29,660 bases of DNA, from positions 1 to 29,660 of the IMG/VR virus record IMGVR_UViG_3300012942_000106; one strand, given 5' to 3'. The DNA is from a virus. Its lineage: Duplodnaviria > Caudoviricetes. The position numbers and the translations under genes were made by a program. The notes under the pieces were generated by a model that searched no databases, had not been told where the DNA came from, and saw only the letters and a list, made by a program, of their open reading frames with translations. Of this stretch, positions 8,934-16,872 are shown piece after piece (the stretch's first letter is position 1; each line of letters opens with the position of its first letter).

Positions 8934-9869
8934 TTATGCAAAAATTTTGTTATACTCTTCTGGCTTACTATTCTTGAAAGCAAGTTTTTCAACATCTGAA
9001 AGCTTCTCGAAATCATCAGCAGTTTTCACTTCTGATTTATCACTATTAGCTACTTGAGCAGCTAAAGAAGTTGTGCCTTTCATTGCTGAAACTGTTTTGT
9101 TGATTGTCTCGAAATCAGCGATTGCCATTTTCGTCCAACTCTCTTTTAAATCAGCAGTTAACTTGCCGTCTGTGACAGCTTGCTCAATTAATGTTTCAGC
9201 GTTAGATTTTAGTTGAGATTCAACTTTAGCTTTCAAAGCAGTGAGTTCTGCATTTTGCTCGTTAAAGCGTTTTGCAAGATCTTCAACCGCAGGCGCAATA
9301 TTCTCAGCAGTTGCTTCTGTCGTTGACATTGACAATGCTGCAAGCGCAATTATGGACAAATTGATTTTGTGCATCTTATTTGATTTGGGGTTTGTTTCGG
9401 GTTTAAATTCTTCTGTTGATAGTGCTAGCTTAATTTCAACTGCACTCATTTCAATTCCTGCTTCAGCATATAATTTGATAGCATTAGCATTTGATGGTAT
9501 GGCAACTATAGAAGCTTCCATTAGTTCGCTTTTCTGAAGAGTTGGTACTCCTTCAAAGTCAAGTTTAAAAGGTTCTGAACCGATAGGTTTAATACCCATT
9601 GATGAACCTTTAATGAATCCACGCTCAATTTTTCCTTCAATCAATTTTGCATTTGGATCTTCGTTATCAAATTCAGCATCTGCAAGTAATTTATCTCCTT
9701 CAGTTCTTATATTCGTCCAACGTCCAATTACATTCTGATTAGTAGGGTTGTGATAATCTAAAATGACAGGATTAGATCTAAATCTATTCATATCAATGCC
9801 AGAATTCAAGGTTTTGAAACCGTGTGCGTTCTTTTTTGTTTGATCGTTTATCACAAATGTGTGTGGCAT
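8934..9869 (-). CDS. Prohead protease with C-terminal scaffold
   Basis: NPVILDYH...VIGRW...GSSMG...LMEASIVAIPSN HK97-type protease motifs, then a helical C-terminal half. Confidence 0.88.
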   Translation of the reverse strand: MPHTFVINDQTKKNAHGFKTLNSGIDMNRFRSNPVILDYHNPTNQNVIGRWTNIRTEGDKLLADAEFDNEDPNAKLIEGKIERGFIKGSSMGIKPIGSEPFKLDFEGVPTLQKSELMEASIVAIPSNANAIKLYAEAGIEMSAVEIKLALSTEEFKPETNPKSNKMHKINLSIIALAALSMSTTEATAENIAPAVEDLAKRFNEQNAELTALKAKVESQLKSNAETLIEQAVTDGKLTADLKESWTKMAIADFETINKTVSAMKGTTSLAAQVANSDKSEVKTADDFEKLSDVEKLAFKNSKPEEYNKIFA

Positions 9870-9888
9870 ACTTTTTTAATTGATGCTA

Positions 9889-9977
9889 CAAAATTGGTGG
9901 CTTAAAATCTGTTAATCAAATAGTTGCCCAACCCTTGGACGGTTTTTTTCTTAATCAATGCTTTTGCGTGAATTTTG
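9889..9977. promoter_or_regulatory. Divergent late promoter pair around the dyad CCAAcccTTGG
   Basis: -7-like CAATTTTG (minus, 9896-9889) and GAATTTTG (plus, 9970-9977). Each begins 37 bp from the dyad centre at 9933. Confidence 0.6.
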
Positions 9978-9981
9978 TACC

Positions 9982-10419
9982 ATGGGAGTATCAAAAACAG
10001 AACAACAGAACTACGCTAAACTATTAGTAGTCAATGAAAAGCTAACTTTTAAAGAAGTAGCAATACGTACAGGCGTGCGTGAAAAGACTATTGGCGACTG
10101 GGCTAAGAAGTTCAATTGGATTCAGATGAAACGCTCTCTAATTACTATTAAGGATGAGCAAATCACTTCACTGTATAACAAGCTCGAAAAACTCAACAAA
10201 AATATTGAGGAGAATCAAGGCAATTTGGTTACTACAAAAGATGTGGATGCTATTATAAAATTAACAGCTGCTATTAAACAATTAGAAGTCGACACTTCTT
10301 TAGGAGAAATTATAGATGTTGGTAAAAAGTTCATCATATTCCTTCAAGAAACGGACATAGACTTGGCTAAAGAAGTAACTCGCTATTACGACACTTTCAT
10401 CCAAAGTAAATTGAAATGA
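9982..10419 (+). CDS. Terminase small subunit (HTH, DUF1804-like)
   Basis: Likely start MGVSK at 9982. HTH LTFKEVAIRTGVREKTIGDW. ATGA overlap with TerL. Confidence 0.75.
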   Translation: MGVSKTEQQNYAKLLVVNEKLTFKEVAIRTGVREKTIGDWAKKFNWIQMKRSLITIKDEQITSLYNKLEKLNKNIEENQGNLVTTKDVDAIIKLTAAIKQLEVDTSLGEIIDVGKKFIIFLQETDIDLAKEVTRYYDTFIQSKLK

Positions 10420-11936
10420 TCAAGAAACTTGATAAACAGTATTTAATTGACTGGAAGGAATTTAGCGAAAACATTCGCAAAGCAACTCCTATTGATTTAA
10501 CGGAGAGTGCGACACAGAAATTAAAGAGAATTAAGACTCTTGAGAAAAATCATGAAGCATGGTTTAAATACTATTTTCCTAATTTTTACACTTCAGAGCC
10601 TGCTCCATTTCATAAGAGAGCCACAAAAAGAGTATTAAACAATCCCGAGTTTTATGAAGTACGCCCATGGGCTAGAGAACTATCAAAGTCAGGTAGAACC
10701 ATGATGGAAGTACTTTATCTTACTCTACTTGAAAAAAAGTTTAACGTTTTACTCATTTCAAATACGTATGATAATGCAGAGCGCTTATTGCTTCCGTACA
10801 AGGCTATTTTAGAATCAAATAACCGTATCATTAACGATTATGGAGAACAGAGAGGAATAGGTAACTGGGAAGCAGGTGAGTTTATCACAAAAAAAGGAGT
10901 TGCTTTTCGTGCATTAGGCGCAGGACAATCTCCTCGTGGTACTCGAAAAGATGAAATGCGTCCTGACACTATCATAATTGATGATATAGATACAGATGAA
11001 GAATGTCGGAATAAAGAGCGGATTAAACAAAAAGTGAACTGGGTGGAACAAGCACTTATTCCAACGCGATCAATATCTAATCCTTTACTCATAATTGTTA
11101 ATGGAAATATTATTGCTAAATATTGTACCGTTACAGAGCTAATGAAAAAAGCTGATTATTGCGAAATAGTCAATATTCGCGATAAAAACGGAAAAAGTAC
11201 TTGGCCGAATAAAAATACTGAATTATTAATTGATCGAGTTCTGTCTAAAATAAGTTACAATTCTGCTCAAAAAGAATATTTCAATAATCCAATTATTGAA
11301 GGAGATGTATTCAAAGAAGTTAATTATGGTAAATGTCCTCCTATTCAAGAGTGCCAACATGTTTTAGTATATGCAGATCCAGCAACATCTAATAAAGATA
11401 GTAGCGCATCATCTACTAAAGGAGTTGTTATAATTGGCTATAAAAGCAATAGATATTACATATATCGTGTTTGGTTAGATAGAGTTGGGAATGCAACATT
11501 TGTAGATTGGCTATATGAAGCTCATCGATATTTAAGTGAAAATAAAGTAGATATAAAACGTATTTATATCGAAAATAATAGTCTTCAAGATCCTTTTTAT
11601 CAACAGGTTATTTTGCCTTTAATTTATAAACAATCAGCTGCTGAAGGGCATGTAATACCTATCACTCCAGATAGTCGCAAAAAGCCTGAAAAATACGCAC
11701 GTATAGAAGGGACATTGGAACCTATAAATCGAATGGGTAATTTAATATTTAATCAGGAAGAAAAAGGAAATAAACACATGCAAACTTTGGAAGATCAATG
11801 GTTAGGTGTTTCCATTAATTCAAAAACAATGGACGGTCCTGATGCAATTGAAGGAGGCGTTTGGATTATTCAAAATTATACAATTAGAAAAGATACTACT
11901 TATCGTGTTGGAAAGAGATCTAACAGAAGATATTAA
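10416..11936 (+). CDS. terL: Terminase large subunit
   Basis: 506 aa. ARELSKS (Walker A-like), RPDTIIIDDID (Walker B), VYADPA and DGPDA nuclease motifs. Confidence 0.88.
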   Translation: MIKKLDKQYLIDWKEFSENIRKATPIDLTESATQKLKRIKTLEKNHEAWFKYYFPNFYTSEPAPFHKRATKRVLNNPEFYEVRPWARELSKSGRTMMEVLYLTLLEKKFNVLLISNTYDNAERLLLPYKAILESNNRIINDYGEQRGIGNWEAGEFITKKGVAFRALGAGQSPRGTRKDEMRPDTIIIDDIDTDEECRNKERIKQKVNWVEQALIPTRSISNPLLIIVNGNIIAKYCTVTELMKKADYCEIVNIRDKNGKSTWPNKNTELLIDRVLSKISYNSAQKEYFNNPIIEGDVFKEVNYGKCPPIQECQHVLVYADPATSNKDSSASSTKGVVIIGYKSNRYYIYRVWLDRVGNATFVDWLYEAHRYLSENKVDIKRIYIENNSLQDPFYQQVILPLIYKQSAAEGHVIPITPDSRKKPEKYARIEGTLEPINRMGNLIFNQEEKGNKHMQTLEDQWLGVSINSKTMDGPDAIEGGVWIIQNYTIRKDTTYRVGKRSNRRY

Positions 11937-11951
11937 TCAAATTAGAAAATT

Positions 11952-12407
11952 ATGTTTTTAACAGAAATGGAGTTAACCAGTGTTATTTATCAATATCAAT
12001 TAGATCAAATTACAGAAGGTGATACTACAATTACTTTAGAAGCTGTTAGCGCAGCTATTGAAGAGGTGAAAGGATATCTTACCCCTAATAATCAATCAGG
12101 ATGGAAAGACGGAAGGTTATTGTACGATACAGATGCTATTTTTAACGCAGTAGGATCAGCAAGAAACTCACTTATATTACAGATTACTAAAACGGTTACA
12201 GCATGGCATGTAATACAGTTATGTAATGCTGATATAATGTATGATCATATAAAAGAACGCTACGATAGAGCAGTTAAATATATGATGGAAGTAAATAAAG
12301 GAAATGTAACTATTGCAAGCCTTCCAACATTAGATCCTACTGATCCAATACAAGTTGCAAAACAAGCATTTAGAAGTGGCTCACGTCCAAAATTTAATCA
12401 TTATTAA
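11952..12407 (+). CDS. Mu gp36-like (DUF1320) head-tail adaptor
   Basis: AIEEVKGYL...YD...IF...ERYDRAVKYM pattern. Lies between TerL and portal. Confidence 0.75.
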   Translation: MFLTEMELTSVIYQYQLDQITEGDTTITLEAVSAAIEEVKGYLTPNNQSGWKDGRLLYDTDAIFNAVGSARNSLILQITKTVTAWHVIQLCNADIMYDHIKERYDRAVKYMMEVNKGNVTIASLPTLDPTDPIQVAKQAFRSGSRPKFNHY

Positions 12408-12409
12408 TT

Positions 12410-13660
12410 ATGGGATTTTTAAACCAATCAGCTGAAGGCTGGAAAAAGCTTTTACCAAGTAAAAGAGGAGGTAAGTTATTTACACTAGCAGATGCTCCAA
12501 AAGGAAATGCTCCAAAAACAGTATTACCATATATTCCTAAGTCTTTAACTAAGACTACAAATGACATTAAAACATGGAATGATGCAATTGCTTCTTGGTC
12601 TGCAGAAGAACCCAAGAACTGGCAATTACAGTTATTGTATTCTGATGCTATGATTGATGCGTTGCTTACGTCTCAAATTGAGAATAGAAATAACCAAGTA
12701 TATTCTGTGGATTTTTCAATAAAAAAAGCTTCAGGAGAAATTGACCAGGTAACAACAGATCTAATTGCTAAATCTCCAATTTATAGGAAGCTTACAAATG
12801 CTATTTTGAACGCTCGTTATTATGGTTACAGCCTAGGAGAACTAACTTTAAGCTATGATGCAAATAAGAAATTAAGCATTGACTTTACGCAAGTACCAAG
12901 AACCAATGTAGTTCCTCAAAAAGGTTATTTTTATAGCGATTACACAGAAGATAAATTCATTAAATACCGTGAAATTCAAGAGTATGGAACGTATGTGCTT
13001 GAGTTTTTATCGGAAGATATGTTAGGATTGATCAATAAAGCTATTCCTCCTGTATTGTTTAAAAAATTTGCATTAAGTTGTTGGTCAGAACTATGCGAGA
13101 TATATGGTATACCGCCAAGGTATATGAAAACAAATACGCAAGATCCTAAAATGTTAGATCGTGCTGAGGCGATGATGACAGATATGGGAGCAGCTGCTTG
13201 GTTTATAATTGACGAACATGAAACATTTGAGTTTGCAAATGGTGTAGCAACCAATGGAGATGTATATAAAAATCTCATAGCATGCACAAACAATGAGGTT
13301 TCAATGCTGATAAGCGGAGCTATCATTGGTCAAGACACCAAGAATGGAAGTAATTCAAAAGAAACTGCATCACAAGAGCTCTTATCTACACTTGTATATG
13401 CCGATATGGCAATAGTAGAACAACAATGGAATGCTATTATTTTACCAGCACTAGCAAAACTCGGTGTTATTCCTGTTGGTCTAGAATTTGAATTTGATCC
13501 CTCTGAAGATTTAGCAGAACTATTTGATCGAAATATTAAATTAGCACCTTTTGCCAATTTGGATGCTGAAAAACTAAATGAAAAATTCGGGACATTCATC
13601 ACTACAATGAAAGAGCTTACTCCTGTTAATACTAATCTCTCGTCTGATTTTTTTCATTAA
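12410..13660 (+). CDS. Portal protein (DUF935, Mu gp29-like)
   Basis: 416 aa, ARYYGYS, WSELCEIYGIPPR and ISGAIIGQD motifs. Ends DFFH* at a T7 run. Confidence 0.88.
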   Translation: MGFLNQSAEGWKKLLPSKRGGKLFTLADAPKGNAPKTVLPYIPKSLTKTTNDIKTWNDAIASWSAEEPKNWQLQLLYSDAMIDALLTSQIENRNNQVYSVDFSIKKASGEIDQVTTDLIAKSPIYRKLTNAILNARYYGYSLGELTLSYDANKKLSIDFTQVPRTNVVPQKGYFYSDYTEDKFIKYREIQEYGTYVLEFLSEDMLGLINKAIPPVLFKKFALSCWSELCEIYGIPPRYMKTNTQDPKMLDRAEAMMTDMGAAAWFIIDEHETFEFANGVATNGDVYKNLIACTNNEVSMLISGAIIGQDTKNGSNSKETASQELLSTLVYADMAIVEQQWNAIILPALAKLGVIPVGLEFEFDPSEDLAELFDRNIKLAPFANLDAEKLNEKFGTFITTMKELTPVNTNLSSDFFH

Positions 13661-13716
13661 GGGCGAGAGATGGTAATATAAGCGTTGTTCCAGCTTCTAC
13701 TTATTTTCTCGCCCTT
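13648..13716 (+). promoter_or_regulatory. Candidate -1 ribosomal frameshift signal (slippery T TTT TTT plus stem)
   Basis: T7 at 13648-13654, then AAGGGCGAGA (13659-13668) and TCTCGCCCTT (13707-13716), a perfect 10-bp inverted repeat. Confidence 0.7.
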
Positions 13717-14556
13717 CATCAAAGTATTCAAAAACAATATGCACATTGTAACGATTGTGGAGGCACAACTATAGAGTTATCTGATAAAGTTTCATCGCTA
13801 TTTAAACGAGTTTTAAAAGCAGCCACAAACGCCTTTAAATCACTTCATGATAAAGGCACTTATGATGTTAATGACTTAAAAAGCAACAAAGACTATCAAG
13901 ACTTAATAAATGCAACTAATGATGTACTTGCTTATGGCTTAAGTCATGAAGTGCCTACAGAAATGAAAACCTATCTTGAAAAAGATATATTTATATTTTC
14001 TGAATTAAAAGGAAATGCACAGCTTAAAAACGCTGCTTCTTTTCTGAAGGATGAAAAAGGAAATATTCGGGCTTTTTCAGATTTTCAGCAACAAATAAAG
14101 TCATTGAAGAGTGATTACAATGAAAGCTATTTAGAAGCTGAGTATCAATTTGCAGTTAGTTCATCACAAAGCGCAGCAAATTGGGCTAATTTACAAGATG
14201 ATAGTTCTAGGTATCTTTTAAAATATGTAACTGCTCAAGATGATAAAGTACGTATAAGTCATGCTGATTTAAACGGCATAACTTTACCAAAAAATGACGC
14301 ATTTTGGAATAATTACTATCCGCCAAATGGATGGAGATGTAGATGTCATGCAGTTGAAGTATTGGCGCGTGAAAATGAAGAAAGCAATAGTTCTGAAGCA
14401 GAAAAGAAAGGAAATATTGCAACAACACAGCTTTCAAAAGACGGAAAAAATAAACTTGAAATGTTTCGGTTTAATCCGGGAGCAGAAAAGAAAGTTTTTC
14501 CGCCAAATAATAGCTATACAAAAGTAGTTGGAGCTGATAAAATCATCAAGAAATGA
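13648..14556 (+). CDS. Mu gp30/F-like minor head morphogenesis protein, probably made as a portal fusion by -1 frameshift (first in-frame start is GTG 13951)
   Basis: C-terminal YVTAQDDKVRISH...FWNNYYPPNGWRCRC signature. The frame is open for 101 codons upstream of 13951 with no ATG/GTG/TTG. Confidence 0.8.
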   Translation, partial: FFSLRARDGNISVVPASTYFLALHQSIQKQYAHCNDCGGTTIELSDKVSSLFKRVLKAATNAFKSLHDKGTYDVNDLKSNKDYQDLINATNDVLAYGLSHEVPTEMKTYLEKDIFIFSELKGNAQLKNAASFLKDEKGNIRAFSDFQQQIKSLKSDYNESYLEAEYQFAVSSSQSAANWANLQDDSSRYLLKYVTAQDDKVRISHADLNGITLPKNDAFWNNYYPPNGWRCRCHAVEVLARENEESNSSEAEKKGNIATTQLSKDGKNKLEMFRFNPGAEKKVFPPNNSYTKVVGADKIIKK

Positions 14557-15083
14557 ATCCTAATGAGTTCATAAAAAACATTCTTACTGATACTAAAATA
14601 AAGGTAAGCGAGGAGTTTGACAAAAACTTCAATCGAAAAGCTTTCTTTGATAAGCCTTGGAACAGGACTAAACTGGCAAATAGTAAAGGTTCTTTAATGA
14701 TACGTTCTGGGAACCTAAGAAGATCTATTACTTCAAGAGTTTCAGGGGATCATATTTCGTGGAGTTCTTCTATGCCTTATGCAAAATTACAAAATGAAGG
14801 TGGCGAAATAATCGTTACTGTTAAAATGAAGAAGTTCTTTTGGGCGATGTTCTACAAATCAGAAGGAGCAGTTGGTAAAGGAGCAACAAAAAGAAACCAG
14901 TCTTTAGCTGCTGAAGCTCAACAATGGAAGTTTTTAGCAATGAAAAAAGTAGGCAGCAAAATAAGGATTCCACAACGTAAATTTATTGGATCACATCCGA
15001 ATATAGGCATAATCGTCAAGAATATTGTAGATTATAATTTGAAAGATTTAGAAAAATACATCACTCAAAAATTAAAAAAATGA
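14553..15083 (+). CDS. Virion morphogenesis (Mu gpG / tail completion S-like) protein
   Basis: LMIRSGNLRRSI, PYAKLQNEGG and IPQRKFIG motifs. Confidence 0.82.
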   Translation: MNPNEFIKNILTDTKIKVSEEFDKNFNRKAFFDKPWNRTKLANSKGSLMIRSGNLRRSITSRVSGDHISWSSSMPYAKLQNEGGEIIVTVKMKKFFWAMFYKSEGAVGKGATKRNQSLAAEAQQWKFLAMKKVGSKIRIPQRKFIGSHPNIGIIVKNIVDYNLKDLEKYITQKLKK

Positions 15084-15532
15084 AAGTAGTTATTGATAAT
15101 GTTAGAACCTTGCTATCTACAATTAGCGAACTGAAGTACGTGGATGAAAATACAGGTCAATTAGACAATTATTCACCTAATTTTCCAGTAAAATGGCCAT
15201 GTGCTTTAATTGACATTCAAAGTGATATTTACACCAACAAAGGACGTAATCCAACAAAATCACCTGTAAATAGGCAGATGTCTAATTTTGTACTTGAAAT
15301 AAGAATTGCGAATTTGAAGCTGACAAATACATCGAGTAGAGCACCTATAACACAAAGAGATCAAGCAGAAAGTATTTGGACTATTATTGATGCTGTACAT
15401 GAAAAAATACAAGGTTATTCTCCTGATCCAACAATAAGTTCGTTTATACGCACAGCTAGAAACAGAGTAATGAGAGATGATGGCGTGCAAGTATATGTGA
15501 TTACATATACTGCAGAAAATTCTGACTGTTAA
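15080..15532 (+). CDS. Neck/tail terminator (Mu gp37-like) protein
   Basis: LKYVDENTGQLD...VKWPCALID pattern. ATGA overlap with the previous gene. Confidence 0.65.
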   Translation: MKVVIDNVRTLLSTISELKYVDENTGQLDNYSPNFPVKWPCALIDIQSDIYTNKGRNPTKSPVNRQMSNFVLEIRIANLKLTNTSSRAPITQRDQAESIWTIIDAVHEKIQGYSPDPTISSFIRTARNRVMRDDGVQVYVITYTAENSDC

Positions 15533-15735
15533 AATAGGGATAATTGAGGTTGTGATAGTTCTGATGGCTTCATACCTTTAATCTTTACCCAAGTAGCACG
15601 TGAAATGAATATTCCATATTTTGGAAATATATTGGCTACTATTCTAGTATCGGGAATATCTTCTTGTTTCACCTGATTATACACATCAATGATATATTTA
15701 AATTTCTTTAGCTTATTTCGAGGTGTATATGCCAT
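15529..15735 (-). CDS. Small HTH-like protein, candidate late-gene activator, ends in QLSLF
   Basis: 68 aa, basic, IFISRATW helix-turn-helix-like segment. Last gene of the leftward arm, with its own -7 motif. Confidence 0.6.
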   Translation of the reverse strand: MAYTPRNKLKKFKYIIDVYNQVKQEDIPDTRIVANIFPKYGIFISRATWVKIKGMKPSELSQPQLSLF

Positions 15736-15752
15736 TAAAATATTAGGTTATA

Positions 15753-15760
15753 CAAATATA
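15753..15760 (-). promoter_or_regulatory. -7 element TATATTTG for 15529..15735
   Basis: Plus-strand CAAATATATAGA (15753-15764) is identical to 28394-28405 at the early promoter. Confidence 0.55.
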
Positions 15761-15816
15761 TAGATATTTTCTATAACTACAGAAATATAATAGATTTTAT
15801 TAATATAAAAAAGCAT

Positions 15817-15842
15817 AAAAAAAGCCTTATCGAAATAAGGCT
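15817..15842 (-). terminator. Rho-independent terminator of the leftward early operon
   Basis: Minus strand AGCCTTAT-TTCG-ATAAGGCT followed by a T run, downstream of 15878..16540. Confidence 0.8.
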
Positions 15843-15877
15843 AATTATACATCATATTCCTGACATCAGGAAAATGG

Positions 15878-16540
15878 TTAAAACACTTCAGGTAAAGCGT
15901 CTAATCTACTTCCATCTTCAAATAAAATACTTTCAGGTAGCCATTTCCATTTTATAGCAGAAAAAGGTAATGATTTAAGCTCTATCAATTCATCATCTTC
16001 ATCAATTACGCCATAATCATCATGGTTTACATTTGTTCCTGGTGTAAGATTAGCGGCTTTATCAAAATAAGTAGTAAAGAGCAATTTATCATTTGTATTG
16101 AAGAACTTAATAGATCCTTTAATTGCAACAATTGTCTTCTTACCATTATTCTGCGCTGACATTTCATAAACATAAATATTTGGATATGGCTCTTCGTCTA
16201 AATACCTATATTCTCCCCCAATAATTTCAATTTTAAGTACATCATCGAGCTTCTGTATACTTGCTTGGTATTTAGCAATTTCTTTTTGATATTCAACATT
16301 TTTTTGTTTAGCCGTATCAAGCAATTCTTTGTATGTAATATCTAAAGATTCACCATTAGATGCCATTTTAAATAATTCATCTCCTGCAGTATTATAATCA
16401 GCTTCAGAATAGTCTTTATTCGTTGATTTTAGATTTGTTATTACTGATTTCCATTCTGCTAAATTCACTTTTTTATTCAAGTCATTTGAGCAAGCTGTTA
16501 GTATTATCAGTGCAATACACATAATGATTATTTTTTTCAT
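15878..16540 (-). CDS. Lipoprotein of unknown function (accessory gene)
   Basis: MKKIIIMCIALIILTAC signal peptide II/lipobox. Beta-rich C-terminus ending ILFEDGS. Confidence 0.75.
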   Translation of the reverse strand: MKKIIIMCIALIILTACSNDLNKKVNLAEWKSVITNLKSTNKDYSEADYNTAGDELFKMASNGESLDITYKELLDTAKQKNVEYQKEIAKYQASIQKLDDVLKIEIIGGEYRYLDEEPYPNIYVYEMSAQNNGKKTIVAIKGSIKFFNTNDKLLFTTYFDKAANLTPGTNVNHDDYGVIDEDDELIELKSLPFSAIKWKWLPESILFEDGSRLDALPEVF

Positions 16541-16578
16541 AGTTTTTTAATTTATTTTGCTAATTTATTGATTTATTT

Positions 16579-16872
16579 CTAATTAAATTCGTAAAACTCA
16601 TTTTCCTTTACAATCGTAGTTTTGAAAGGATAATCTTCGTTTTTAACTTGCTTTATTTGGTCAATTAAGCCCGTAGAACCTGTAAATACAATGCGCAATT
16701 CATTATTGGTTTTAATTTGCATTGTAAGTAGTGATCCATTGTATTTAGATTCTGAAATAGAGAATTTCAATACTTCAATTTCTTTATTGAGAATCCTATC
16801 TACTTTAATCTTTTCGCCCACCATTGAGTTAATGGATGGCTTGGAAATGCCCAAATCTTTAAAGTTTTTCAT
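16579..16872 (-). CDS. 97-aa protein overlapping the RT stop, candidate DGR accessory factor
   Basis: ATG at 16872 (MKNFKDLGI...IVFTGSTGLIDQI...YPFKTTI...YEFN) overlaps the RT end by 14 nt. The longer track ORF lies within RT. Confidence 0.75.
   Translation of the reverse strand: MKNFKDLGISKPSINSMVGEKIKVDRILNKEIEVLKFSISESKYNGSLLTMQIKTNNELRIVFTGSTGLIDQIKQVKNEDYPFKTTIVKENEFYEFN

Noticed and set aside
439-15532. Additional VR copies in structural genes
   Set aside because: I saw no TR-like sequence by eye in this span. An alignment search, and the tail-fibre genes beyond the left edge, remain unchecked.
15857-15872. Near-palindrome TTCCTGACATCAGGAA
   Set aside because: Single copy with a 2-nt loop and no U tract. 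The hairpin at 15823-15842 already explains termination, so no function can be supported.
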